A stretch of DNA of 64,000 nt from Octopus vulgaris (GCA_951406725.2 OX597825.1:76384001-76448000); one strand, 5' to 3'. Numbered from the stretch's first letter, positions 1 to 12,512 are shown. Program-made: numbers and translations. Notes: a model not told the origin generated them from the letters alone.

Positions 1-310
1 GTATTTGCATGCATGTTTGTGTGTGTGTGTGTATTTGCATGCATGTTTGTGTGTCTGTGCATGAGTGTGTATGTGTGTCAGTATGCGTGTGTACATGTAT
101 GTGTACATGAGTGTGTGTTTGTACATGTGTGTGTGTACATGTGTGTGTATGTGCATGCGTGTATGTGTAATGAGTGTGTATGTACACATCTGTGTGTTTG
201 TGTGTGTGGTGCATGAGTGTGTGTGTGTAAATGTGAGCAAGAGTGTGTGTATATATGTGTGTGTGTCTGTGGAGGAGGTACATGATTGTGTGTATGTTTG
301 TGTGTGTAAG
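1..310. repeat. Degenerate (GT)n/(GTAT)n microsatellite
   Basis: Visible low-complexity GT/GTAT repeats. Confidence 0.9.
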
Positions 311-396
311 TGAAAAATATTCCTTAAGGAGTTTAAAAGAGAAAGAAAGGCAAAAAAAGAAAAGAATAAAGAAGAGTTCTAAAGCAAAAATCTTAC

Positions 397-481
397 ATTT
401 TTCTAAATTCACCTTCTTGTAGCACAACTGATGAGCATCTGCCGACATACTTTGCTGGAAGATCTGGATTTTCAACATTGC
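397..481 (-). CDS. Candidate internal exon (85 bp) of an unidentified gene, (G)NVENPDLPAKYVGRCSSVVLQEGEFRK
   Basis: Minus strand has acceptor tattttattttag| and donor |gtaaga, with an open non-repetitive frame, phase 1 to phase 2. Confidence 0.6.
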
Positions 482-984
482 CTAAAATAAAATAGTTCAA
501 CAAAGTTAACAACAGTATAGTATTTAGAATGGTTTGATGATGATGACAATGATGATAGTAAAGATTATAATCATTATCTTCATGCTGTTGATGACAATGA
601 TAGTAAAACATTTATAATGTACAGCCAGGACTCTGATTCTCAGTCAAAAATCATTTGAATTAGTCTACACACACACATACGTGTATATACATATATCATA
701 ATCATTTAATATCCATATACTATGCTGGCATGAGATTGATGGTTTGACTAGATCTAATGCAACCAAGGACTGCATCAAGCTCCAGTGTCTGTTTTGACAC
801 AGTCTTTCAAGCTGGGCACCCTTCCTAACACCAACCCCTTCAAAGCTTAAACTGGGTGCTTTTTAAATATCACCTGGACTATTGACATCTCCATGCAGTG
901 CACAGAACTACAAATCCTAGGGCAGATGTAACAGGGGCAGTTTCATGCTTGGAGCTGAAGTTGATCACTATGATGAAGGGGCCG

Positions 985-1135
985 AACAGGTATGACTGTC
1001 TGGGGTAGTTTACTTCCCATTCACATGGTTTCAGGTTCAGTCCTACTATAAGGCACCTTGGACAAGTGACTTCTACTATAGCCTCAAACTGACCAAAGCT
1101 TGTGAGTGAATTTGGTAGGTGGAAGTACTGCCGTG
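985..1135 (+). mobile_element. Degenerate SINE head (tRNA-related family)
   Basis: ggttcagtcc...ggcaccttggacaagtgacttctactatagcc matches the copies at 4160-4322 and 32765-32922. Confidence 0.65.
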
Positions 1136-1153
1136 TGTATATGCATATGAGAA

Positions 1154-1186
<33 letters not shown>

Positions 1187-1374
1187 AAATGAGAAAATGG
1201 AGAAATATATCTAAATCAATCATCAACTATCCGATAATACCGAATCACCTAATACAGTAAATGAATTAATTGCATCGCAATTTTTAACATTTATGTATTA
1301 GCTTTGTTGGTACTTCTCTAGCAGTATATTGGATATATGTTATCCCATGGAGGGTTGAATTTACAACCCTATCT

Positions 1375-1409
<35 letters not shown>

Positions 1410-1411
<2 letters not shown>

Positions 1412-1700
1412 GGAGAGTTCATGAAAAAAACAAAAGACGAAGACAGGTGGTGTACAAAACAAACAGATGTATTAGTATAATGCTCAGGAATAGAAAAAGT
1501 CTTTTATGTTTCGAAAGGGACACAGAAAAAAAAAACAAGGAGAGAAAAAATGTGTGTAGTGGCTACCGATCTATCATGGTGACTGCCAGACAGCAGGATC
1601 ACACAGGAGAGCGAAGAAGTAGGGAGATAACAAAGTAAAGATGACCCCCCCAACACGAAGGTGCATGTGTGTATAAGAGAGTATGTATGTGCATGTGAAA
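1410..1700 (-). mobile_element. Non-autonomous repeat (aaaagacgaagacaggtggtg family), hammerhead region deleted
   Basis: Same sequence as 18580-18790 and related to 49650-50120; the stem II/CUGUAGA part is missing at about 1513. Confidence 0.55.
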
Positions 1701-2064
1701 GAGGGCTGGTGGCCTGGACGTGTGCATGTATGCATGTGTAGGTGTGAAAATGTGGGGATGGGAATTGGTCAGTGCTGGTGTGTGGGTGGTGTGTTGTGAT
1801 GTGTAATGTTGTATGGTGTGATGTTGTTGGGAGGCGGGAGTGAGGAAAGCATGGGTGGGGTGTGGGTTTGGCTGGGGTTTGGGGTATGTGGGTGGGGGTA
1901 GAGGTGGGAGAGGGTGTAGGGGATAGGATGGGGGGATGGGAAGGATAGGAAAGGTGGAGTAGGAATGTGTAGGGGTGGGGTGGGCTTATGGGGGAGGTTT
2001 GACGATGAAGGGGGAAGGGGAAGGTGGGTATGTGAGGAGAGAGAAAGAGAAGGATATATATATC

Positions 2065-2267
2065 CTTTTCATTTTACTTGTTTGTCATTTGACTGGCCAT
2101 GCTGGAGCACCGTCCTTTAGTCAAACGAATCGACCCCAGGTCTTATTCTTTTGTAAGACTAGTACTTTTTCTATTAATATCTTCTGCCGAACCACTAAGT
2201 TACAGGGACATAAACACACCAACATCAGTTGTCAAGCAATTTTGGGGGAGACCAAGACAAACATACA

Positions 2268-2275
<8 letters not shown>
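2065..2275 (-). mobile_element. SINE 3' part; its head lies at 4160-4322
   Basis: Homologous to 32523-32730 of the complete copy. Confidence 0.7.
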
Positions 2276-2303
<28 letters not shown>

Positions 2304-2306
<3 letters not shown>

Positions 2307-3887
2307 TCATCATCATCATCGTTTAACGTCCGTTCTCCATGCTAGCATGGGTTGGACGGTTCGACCAGGGTTCTGGGAAGCCAGAAGGCTGCACCAGGCT
2401 CCAGTCTAATCTGGCAATGTTTCTACAGCTGGATGCCCTTCCTAACGCCAACCACTCCGTGAGTGTAGTGGGTGCTTTTTACGTGCCACCTGCACAGGTG
2501 CCAGGCGGGGCTGGCAACGGCCACGGTCAGATTGGTGTATTTTATGTGCCACCGGCACGGAAGCCAGTCGAGGCGGTGCTGGCATCGGCCACGAGTCGGA
2601 TAGTGCTTTTTACGTACCACCAGACCAGGGATCCTGGCTGGTTCAATTCGATTTCGATTTCGATTTCGCTTGCCCCAACATGTCTTCACAAGCAAAGGGG
2701 GTTGGCATGGGTGCCTGTCGTACGGTCGCATTGGAGTATTTTACGTGCCACGGCCGCGAGTCGGATAGTGCTTTTTACGTACCACCAGGCCAGGGATCCT
2801 GGCTGGTTCAATTCGGTTTCGATTTCGATTGCCCCAACATGTCTTCGCAAGCAAAGGGGGGTTGGCATGGGTGCCTGTCGTACGGTCGCATTGGAGTATT
2901 TTACGTGCCACGGCCACGAGTCGGATAGTGCTTTTTACGTACCACCAGGCCAGGGATCCTGGCTGGTTCAATTCGGTTTCGATTTCGATTGCCCCAACAT
3001 GTCTTCGCAAGCATGGGGGGTTGGCATGGGTGTCTGTCGTCGGGTGAGGTTCTATATCGACTTCGCTTGCCTCAACCGGTTTTTGCGTCCAAGGGGGGAA
3101 AGGCATTCATAAGTGGGCTGGGCTCACTTGTCCTGCCTGGTCTTCTCACGTACAGAATATTTCCAAAGGTCTCGGTCGCTGGTCATTTCCTCAGTGAGGC
3201 CTAAAGTTCGAAGGTCGTGCTTCACCACCTCGTCCCAGGTTTTCCTGGGTTTACCTCTTCCACGGGTTCCCTCAACTGCTAGGGATTGGCACTTTCTCAC
3301 ACACCCATCTTTATACATTCTCGCCACATGACCATACCAGCGCAATCGTCTCTCTTGCACACCACAACTGATGCTTCTTAGGTACAACATTTCTCTCAAG
3401 GTGCTAACGCTCTGTCGAGTATGTACACTGACATTACACATCCATCGGAGCATACTGGCTTCATTCCTCACGAGCTTACGCATGTCCTCAGCAGTCACGG
3501 CCCATGTTTCGCTGCCATGTAGCATGGCTGTTCGTACACACGCATCATACAGTCTGCCTTTTACTCTGAGCGAGAGGCCTTTAGTCACCAGCAGAGGTAA
3601 GAGCTCCCTAAACTTTGCCCAGGCTATTCTTATTCTAGCAGTTACACTTTCAGCGCACCCACCCCCACTACTGACTTGGTCACCTAGATAACGGAAGCTA
3701 TCAACTACTTCTAGTTTTTCCCCCTGGAAAGTGACGGAAGTTGTTTTCTGCAGATTTTCGGAGGTTAATGCTCCCGAACATCTGCCACATACAAAAACTA
3801 TCTTCCCAGTTAGCCTACCTTTGACATTGCTGCACCTCTTATGTGTCCATAGCTTACTCTAGGTACATCTTATAGAGTTTCTACCTA
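2304..3887 (-). mobile_element. 5'-truncated RTE-clade LINE with 3' UTR tandem repeats and (CAT)n tail
   Basis: ORF 3124-3588 (RLYDACVRTAMLHGSETW...RRLRWYGHVARM...GRGKPRKTW) is an RTE ORF2 C-terminus; (CAT)n tail at 2304-2320. Confidence 0.92.
2585..3045. repeat. About 160-bp tandem repeat (3 copies) in the RTE 3' UTR
   Basis: The motif gcc(a/g)cgagtcggatagtgc recurs at about 2588, 2753 and 2913. Confidence 0.85.
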
Positions 3888-3949
3888 CACCTTTTCATAT
3901 ATATATATATATATATATACATATATATACATACATACATATACATATA

Positions 3950-4042
3950 TGTACAAGGAAACACAAATAACAAGCGGTGTTCCACAGGGCACTGTCTTGG
4001 GGCCACTGCTGTTCATAGTGGCCCTTTCAGACATGCCCTCAG
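3950..4042 (+). mobile_element. Tiny CR1/L2-type RT fragment
   Basis: Translates to ITSGVPQGTVLGPLLFIV (RT domain motif). Confidence 0.7.
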
Positions 4043-4116
4043 TTGTTAAGCAATGCTGGGGGAGACCAAGACAGACATACAAACATATATATATACATAT
4101 ATATACATACATACAT

Positions 4117-4159
<43 letters not shown>

Positions 4160-4322
4160 TGAAGGGCTTCATTCAGTTTCCCTCAATCAAATCCACTCAC
4201 AAAGCATTGGTCAGCCCAAGGCTATAGAAGAAGACACTTGCTCAATGTGCCACGCAGTTGGACTGAACCCAGATCCATGTGGTTGGTAAGCAAGATACTT
4301 ACCACACAGCCACTCCTGCGCC
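4160..4322 (-). mobile_element. SINE head
   Basis: Reverse complement reads aggagtggctgtgtggtaag...gggttcagtcc, matching 32765-32922. Confidence 0.75.
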
Positions 4323-4371
4323 TATATGTGAAATATGTGTGTGTGTGTATGTATGAAAGATATATAAATGT

Positions 4372-4660
4372 GAAGGCACATGGCTTAGTGGTTAGGGTGT
4401 TGAAATCATGATTGTGAGATCGTGGGTTCAATTCCCAGACGAGGATTTATGTTGTATTCTTGAGCAAAGCATTTCATTTCACATTGCTCTTTGATCATTT
4501 CATCATCTGACATGTGGCACATGGTGCACATGTACAGGTAATGTCGATTTGATGGGAGGAATGAACTTATGTGTACACAAACATTTAATCACTATAAAGA
4601 AATCATCTGTGTGGTTGTTTGGCAAGAATTTACCAAACTCTCATAAGTCATCTAATGAAG
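4372..4660 (+). mobile_element. tRNA-derived SINE
   Basis: A box tggcttagtgg and B box ggttcaattcc, followed by a cttgagcaaagc core. Confidence 0.7.
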
Positions 4661-4742
4661 GAGAGTCTACGATGATATATCTATCTATCTATCTCCCCTC
4701 TCTCTATATATATATGTATATATATATATATGTATATATATA

Positions 4743-7741
4743 TCATCATCATCATCGTTAAGCGTCCGCTTTCCATGCTAGCATGGGTTGGCTGGTTCAA
4801 CGGGGGTCTGGGAAGCCAGAAGGCAGCACCAGGCCCAGTCTGATCTGGCAATGTTTCTACGGCTGGATGCCCTTCCTAACGCCAACCACTCCGTGAGTGT
4901 AGTGGGTGCTTTTTACGTGCCACCGACACAGGTGCCAGACGAGGCTGGCAAACGACCACGATCGGATGGTACTTTTTACATGCCACCGGCACGGAGACCA
5001 GATGAAGCTGGCAATGGCCACGTTCGGATGGTTCTCTTACGTGCCCCTTACAGCTACAATTTCCATTGATGTTGATCGCTTTCGATTTTGATTCTGATTT
5101 TGATTTCTCACTTGCCTCAACTGGTCTTCACAAGTAGTTTCGTGTCCCAAGAAGGAAAAGGTATGTAGAAGCCACGGGTTATGGTCTCACTTGTTCTGCC
5201 GGGTCTTCTCACGTACAGCATACTTCCATAGGTCTCGGTCTCTAGTCATTTCCTCGGTGAGCCCTAAAGTTCGAAGGTCGTGCTTCACCACCTCGTCCCA
5301 GGTGTTCCTGGGTTTACCCCTTCCAAAGGATTCCTCAACTGCTAGTGTGTGGCACTTTTTCACACAGCTGTCTTCATTCATTCTTGCCACATGGCCATAT
5401 CAGTGCAAACGTCTCTCTTGCACACCACAACTGATGCTTCCTAGGTCCAACTTTTCTCTCAAGGTACTTACACTCTGTCGAGTATGAACACTGACATTAC
5501 ACATCCATCGGAGCATACTGGCTTCATTTCTTGCAAGCTTATGCATTAACTCAGCAGTCACGGCCCATGTTTCACTGCCATGTAGCATAGCTGTTCGTAC
5601 ACACGCATCATACAATCTGCTTTTCACTCTGTGCGAGAGGCCTTTTTTCACCAGCAGAGGTAAGAGCTCTCTGAACTTAACCCAGGCTATTCTTACTCTA
5701 GCATTTACACTTTCAGTGCACCCACCCCCGCTGCTGACTTGGTCACCTAGGTAACGGAAGCTATCAACTATTTCTAGTTTTTCTCCATGGAATGTGGCAG
5801 AAGTTGGTCTCAGAGCATTTTCAGTGTTTATTGCTCCTGAGCATCTGCCACATACAAAAACCATCTTCCTAGTTAGCCTTCCCTTGACATTGCTGCACCT
5901 CTTATGTGTCCATAGTTTACACTTGGTGCATCTTATAGAGTTCCTACCTGCGTTTGTGATTTTCTACCTTCCTACTTATTAGGACTTTGGTTTTAGCTAG
6001 GTTGACTATAAGGCCCTTCAATTCTAATCCTTGCTTCCACAACTGAAACTTCTCCTCCAGTTCTGATAGTGACTCAGCAATTTGAGCAAGGTCATCAGCA
6101 TAGAGAAGCTCCCAGGGGCATCCTGTCTTGAATTCCTCCGTTATTGCCTGGAGGACTATGATAAATAGGAGGGGGCTGAGGACTGAACTTGGTGGACCCC
6201 TACCTCTACCTGAAATTCTTCACTGTACTCGTCGCCAACCCTCACCTTACTAGCAGCATCCCTGTACATGGCTCGTACAGCTCTCACTAACCATTCATCT
6301 AACCCTAGTTTCCTCACTGACCACCAGATAAGGGATCGGGGGACCCTGTCGAAGGATTTCTCCATGTCAACACAAGCCAGGTACAGGGGCTTATCTTTGG
6401 CTAGGTATTTCTCCTGCAGCTGCCTTACCAGGAATATAGCATCAGTGGTACTTTTCTCTGGCACGAACCCAAACTGCATCTCATCTAAACTAACTCTCTC
6501 TCTAATTAGTTGGGCTATGACGCTCTCTGTAACCTTCATTACGTGATCCAACAGCTTGATACACCTGTAGTTATTTGTATCTAGGGCGTCACCTTTACCT
6601 TTGTAGCAGTTGACTATTATGCTGCTACACCAGTCATTGGGAATGACTCCTTCGTGTATCACGTGGTTAACTATATGGGTGACTAGGCTATAGCCAACAC
6701 TACCAGATATTTTAAGCATCTCTGCAGTGATTCCTGATGGGCCTGGGGCTTTCCCAGTCTTCATGATTCTAATTGCCTTATCTATCGAGGAACTCTCAAC
6801 TCAGATAGCTGGTCCCTCTGTTGGGATGACATTCGGCAGACTCTCTTTATCCCATTCATTTTCTTTATTCAGCAACCTTTCATAGTGGCATCTCCAAACC
6901 CCTCTCTTTGCATCCTCGTTTAGCGCAAGTGAACCATCATCTATGCGAACACATTTCTCTCCTACCACATCACAATTCTCACTCACACTCTGTTTTGCAA
7001 CGCGAAACACCTCCAGTCTTTGGTCCTCACGGCGCAGAGCATTGGCAAATTTTTTCTTATCTGCATCCCCTCTGGCTAAATACACCTGCCTCCTAAGCTT
7101 CCCTTCTGGCAGTCTGATACATTTCCCTGCTACCACCGTTCTTCCAAGCCTGTTTCTTTTGTCTAATAGCCCTGTCAACAATATTGTTTCACCACCACGT
7201 TATTTTGGGTCTAGAGGGGAATTGCACCAACCACAGATCTGGTCAGTGGCTCTCAGCAGGTTGTCCCTTAGAAACCTCCAGTTGTCTTCTACCTCATGTG
7301 AAGCTATATCCCCTTCTATTTCGTCAAAGGCTTCAAGTAATATATCTCTAAATCTCTATCCATTCCCCAGATCTTTAAGCTTCCAACTCCTTCTTCTCCA
7401 TGCTGGTCGTCCTTTTAGTGCTGACCCTAAAGTCACTAACTACCAGTCTATGTTGTGGGGTACATTCTTCGCCTGGGAAGGTTTTGGCATTTATAAGTAG
7501 CCATCTTTCCCTTTTTCTGACAAGGACGTAGTCTATTTGGCTAGTATGTCGGCCCGATCAGTAGGTGACTAGGTGGCTGGTAGGTTTCCTGAAGTTAGTG
7601 TTGCAGACCATAAGATCATTCGCATCACAGAACTCCAGCAGCCTGGTTCCCTCCTCATTGCGGGAACCGTAGCCGTAGCATCCATGTACACCATGGAAGC
7701 CCCCAGCATGTTGTCCAACATGCCCATGGAAGTCACCAGCC

Positions 7742-7743
<2 letters not shown>
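4743..7743 (-). mobile_element. RTE-clade LINE, degenerate, with APE endonuclease fragment, RT and 3' UTR
   Basis: AGDFHGHVG...GTRLLEFCDANDL (EN); KAPGPSGI...QFGF...STTDAIF...DMEKSFDRV, plus LLYADDL near 6100 (RT); (CAT)n tail. Confidence 0.95.
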
Positions 7744-7792
<49 letters not shown>

Positions 7793-8004
7793 TGAGAAGT
7801 TGAGGTTATAAGAGACACAGAGGTGTCAGGTAATGCTGAATAAGTGCTATAGACAGACCATAGTTAAGTTCCAGATTCGGTAATATTGCGAATAAAGGGT
7901 TCAAAGTTGGTTCTATGTCAGCATGTGTATATAAGAATTTTTTGCGTAATGAGATAAAAAAAACCCAAGGCTGTATAGATATTAGAGCATTTATAAATAG
8001 AAGG

Positions 8005-8057
8005 TCTTACAGCTGTTTCTAGAATATTAATTAATAATAATATCCCTTCATCAGAGA
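8005..8057 (-). ncRNA. Type I minimal hammerhead ribozyme motif
   Basis: Minus strand: tct CTGATGA a gggatatta-loop-taatattct a GAAA cagctg TA aga. The core is intact and stem III is palindromic. Confidence 0.75.
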
Positions 8058-8714
8058 AGGTGTGAGAGGAAAAGTTAAGTCATAGTTTCAATGTGATATG
8101 AATAGAGCGAGGAGGAGGAAAGAAAATAGATGTAAGATATGTATGGTTATTGAGTTCATAAATTCGTTTTATAGGCATAATGGTATATATGTGTATTATT
8201 CCAATATCCTTTGAGTAAAATCCAAAAGTCCCACAGAGTTTAATCCAAATGTAAAGTCCATCCAAAAGTAAAGTTTATAAGCAATGTAAGATTCTCTTAA
8301 AGTTGGTCATTCCCAGTAGGGAATTTATATAGAAAGTAGCAGATTCCAGGTTTGTGTTTAAACTGACCTAGAAATAGGAAGTGTATTAATTTGGTCATAT
8401 TGAAAACAGGAAGAGAGGAATGACAAAGAAAAAGAAAAAAGAAAAAAAGGAGAAGAGAAAGAAAGAATTAAAGAGAAAGAAAAAAGAAGATTAGTAAAAA
8501 TAAAAATAAAGAATAAAACCCCTGAAGGTATGAATAAAGAGAATAAGGAAAAGAAGGAAAAAAAATTGGTCAGTGGAGGTAGTTTGAAAGTAGAGAGAGA
8601 AAGGTATTATAGTATAAATGATAGAGAAATGAGGGTAGAGGAAGTACTAAGTGTAGTAGTAGCTTTTAATTGAGGCAAATATATGAAGAATTAAGAATTA
8701 AGGAAATATATATC

Positions 8715-8850
8715 TTTATTACCCACAAGGGGCTAAACACAGAGGGGACAATCAAGGACAGACAAATGGATTAAGTCGATTACATCGACCCACATGTGCG
8801 TAAATGGTACTTAAATTATGGACCCCCAAAGGATGAAAGGCAAAGTCAAG
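8715..8850 (-). mobile_element. SINE 3' fragment (family of 28295-28524)
   Basis: tttattacccacaaggggctaaac...ttaagtcgattacatcgaccc...ggatgaaaggcaaagtc. Confidence 0.75.
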
Positions 8851-9109
8851 CAGTGTTAATTATTCTGAGAAAATATTTATGTGAAGATGTATATACATGT
8901 ATATCAGATAAGTTATAGAGATAAATTACAAACACAAACCTCGTGTATCATTGTACCCACATGTGCAGTTATCTAAATTTTGCATGCGTATAAATGTTTA
9001 CAAATACCCACATGTATGCATACAGGCATACCCTCAATCATACATATATACGTGTGTATGGGTGTGTATGTGTATATATGCAAATGAATATAATTAGATG
9101 GTTGCATAT

Positions 9110-9275
9110 GTGAGAAACTAGCTTGCAGATTGAGCGCTGACCTCGGTAGGGAAGTCCTGAGTCTATTATGGACCATGATAGAGTATAGGGTATGTTTGCA
9201 TTTTTGAGATGATGTATGTGATTGGCGAGTGATGTAGATTTACTATGTTTATATGTAGATTTACATATGCTGAGA
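9110..9275 (-). mobile_element. Penelope-like GIY-YIG endonuclease fragment
   Basis: KHSKSTSLANHIHHLKNANIPYTLSWSII...PY...ICKL fits the PLE EN C-terminal pattern. Confidence 0.7.
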
Positions 9276-9374
9276 AGGGAAGATGTAATATGTATGTACA
9301 TATGGATATGTTTGTACATAAATATATATGTATGTATATATGTGTGTGTATGTATATGTATATATATTTATGTA

Positions 9375-10150
9375 TTTCTCATTTATATACCTTTTCATTC
9401 CTACATAACTACAATAATCTTAGGAAATATTGTTTTTATATTCCACTATTATTTCTCTTTTGATAACTTTCTCCTTCCTCTGTTTATACTTTATCTAATA
9501 AGAATAATATAATACACCTACCAATAATAATAATTGATTCCTTGGTATGCATTTACATATGAATATAAAAACATAGAAATATATGTACATGTGTTTATGC
9601 ATGTTTAAGTGTATGTATGTATATGTATAAGTGTGTATATGTGTATGTATTTGTATTTATAATTTAACCTTATGAACTTTCTAAACTCTCTGACGAAGCC
9701 CAGAGACACACCCAAGTACCTAAATCTTATCTACCAAATACTTCAGTTCACTGAAGGGATATAAGTAGATTGGGGTACTTTGGCCTCTTGGCTGAAACAG
9801 CTGTAAGATATAATCCTATCTTTTGTGATCTGCGTTATATATTTTAATAATTACTGGTATTTTTATATATATTTTGTATATGTAAAGCTTACTATGCTAT
9901 ACATGTATGTATACTGTTATAATGGGTTTTTTTAAAAATAAATATATAGACATAATATAATGTCTAAAAGTTGATCCCCTCCATTTTCTTATTGCTGTAT
10001 AAATTAATCTCACCCATTTATTACATTCAGTAGTGTAATTGCCATGCAAATAAAAAAAAACAACTTGTGTATTAATAATTGGGTTTTCTACCCGCAGTAT
10101 ATTGGATAGATATTATCCCTTAGTTGGTTGGATTAACAACCTCTAACTCT
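9375..10150 (+). mobile_element. Hammerhead-carrying non-autonomous repeat, probably a PLE terminal repeat
   Basis: An inverted homolog lies at 18800-19330 plus 20285-20500; contains the hammerhead motif. Confidence 0.65.
9687..9808 (+). ncRNA. Type I hammerhead ribozyme motif with long (~97 nt) branched stem II
   Basis: tct CTGACGA [agcccagag...aagtacc...cttcag ttca ctgaag...ggtactt...ctcttggct] GAAA cagctg TA aga. Confidence 0.78.
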
Positions 10151-10155
10151 TTTGG

Positions 10156-10192
<37 letters not shown>

Positions 10193-10193
<1 letters not shown>

Positions 10194-10581
10194 TAGCAGT
10201 ATCACCCGGTGTTGCTTGGGTTTGTTTCGACCCTTTAGAATTGGAATTTTTGAAAAGTAAAAATTTTGCATTATGCAACTTGTTATTCTCTTCAAGTGAA
10301 CATTTTTCCAGTTGAAATACACCGAAAAATGGTGCTACAGCAGTCAAAAATCGTAAAAAATAGGGATTTTCATAGAAAAAAAGCACCTTTTTGATGTAAA
10401 TAATTTTTGGTGTTAACATGGTCCGATTTGAATTTTATCTTCTACAGAATGAAGAACAAGCCTTCTTCTATCATACTCTCAATTTTGGTCAACTTGCGCT
10501 GCAGGGTCTCGAAGGAGATAGTGTTAGTTGAAGGCTACTAAACCTGCCACACACAGACAACTTCAGCTTTATATATATAGA
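10193..10581 (-). mobile_element. Non-autonomous Helitron
   Basis: Minus strand starts A|TCTATATATATAAA and ends CTAG|T, with a subterminal imperfect hairpin (plus strand cccggtgttgcttggg). Confidence 0.7.
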
Positions 10582-11344
10582 TTTGCTACACACTACTTTC
10601 CATCCTTAATAATGAAACTTGGTAGATCCAAAAGTTAAACACACAGACACACACAGACACACAAGTTGAGTTTTATATATATGTAGATTTCTCAACAGGG
10701 ATTTCAGGGGAGAGTTTCAGGGAGTCGCTGGCGATGTATCATGATGATCAAAAATCTGTCCTGCTAAAATTTGGTTAAAGTGATTCAAACTGCAGACTCA
10801 ACGCAAAATGGTCACATTTAATTCAAAGTGTTAAAAATGTTATGAAAACAATTGGTATGTGTTCACAAAGTCCAAATGATTAATACGAAAAAACCCTCCA
10901 GGCTACGTCCCGAAAATTTATTTCTTTGCCGAATTTCTACAATGTTTACGGCAATTCTTGATTTTTTATTCTTCATGCAATTTACGCATGCTTGCATGCG
11001 TTGTGAACACAGTTCACGTTAAACAGCTGACTGAGTAAAGTTCACTATTCAATGCATGGGATAAGGCCTAAACAAACACATTATCGATTTTTGCAATTGC
11101 GAGATGAATTTCGGAACAGAAATAGCAGTTCAATTTTCATTCGCCTAAACTTTAAGTGACCCATTTTTGGTGGTTCTACGATTTGTTGGCTAGGAGGAGA
11201 TGTGCTGGGAAGTTAAACACACAGACACACACACAGATACACACACAGACACACAAGTTGAGTTTTTATATATATATATATATATATACATACAATATAT
11301 ATTATACATGCATACATACATACATATATACATACATACAGGCA

Positions 11345-12330
11345 CACTTCCCACTAAGTGTTGAAGTGCATCCACAACCGAGTTTACATGCATGAAGGTG
11401 ATGACATCATGAGACTTGGAATGCAGCACCTTAAGCAGCATTCCTTGTCTGATAACCTTAAATACATGCCCAAAGATGTCATGCAGCTCTACCAAACATA
11501 TCATGAGATTTAAAGATAAGTGTACATCAGCAGAAGACCATGCATGGATATGTTAGCAGAAAACTCTTGATTGATAGTTACATTGAAGACCAAAGCAGTC
11601 TATCGTGGACTAACAAGCAGATTACTAACTTCCACTTTGAAGGGTATGCGTTTGAAATCTGGAAACAGGAAATATCAACCAAATATCTGATGCATAAAAG
11701 GGACAGAGACGCAGGCAAAACACCAAAATATGATAACTGATGCAAACTTTGTGGAATTAACACTGAAGATATCCCCTACATCATTAGCAGTTGTCCAATA
11801 ATGTCATCATGATATTATCTGCTGATGAGACATGATGCTGTATCTAACACACTGTATAATAAGATCCATTGGAAGGATAACCTTGAGGCCACAGAAATAA
11901 GAACTCACAGTTTGTCAGAAGCCACAGCCACTCATAATAAGAAGGAGTACCAGAGGAATACCCCAGTGAAAACCTCAAAAAATGTAAATATAATAAGCCT
12001 TATGTAGTGATTTGGCATAGAAAAGAGAAACTGAGTACAACTGTGGAAATCAGCTGCCCAGCAGATGCTGATATAAAGCTAAAGATCAGCGAAAAAGAAA
12101 ATATCTATGCTGAACTATTGAGAGATTTACAGTTACTTTACCAAGATTGCAAGTTCAGGTTTATACCTGTAATTATTGTGGCACTGGGATTTGTAGCACA
12201 CTGCCTAAGCAACAACGTTGAGAAGTTAGGCTTCTCAAAACTAGAAAGGATCTGATTTAAAGATTACATATCCAAACCATCAGTGGAACTGTAAAAATCT
12301 ATAAAAATTTCTAGAAGTTTATCATTCAAG
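11345..12330 (+). mobile_element. Decayed REL-endonuclease LINE (R4/Dong/NeSL-like) 3' part
   Basis: CKLCGINTEDIPYIISSC knuckle-like motif, MRHDAV, VIW...VEISCP...EKENIY...IPVIIVALG. Confidence 0.75.
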
Positions 12331-12512
12331 TATATATGTGCATGTCTAGACATGCTTAAAACAAAGCATACAAATCTGCACATATACACAAATACATGCA
12401 AAAATACCCTGTTAATGTTGTTGAAATTTCAAGAAAGGGGCCTTGAATCTAGGTTAGAAACCAGCTCATTCTTTATTGGTAAGAAATTGTGAAATAAAAC
12501 TGAATGATGACA

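Noticed and set aside
13-313. ORFs rich in V/C/Y/M/I/H/T, here and at many other places such as 36288-36725 and 49387-49980
   Set aside because: Translations of microsatellites.
2339-3112. 257-aa ORF, the longest in the window
   Set aside because: Antisense read-through of the RTE 3' UTR tandem repeats.
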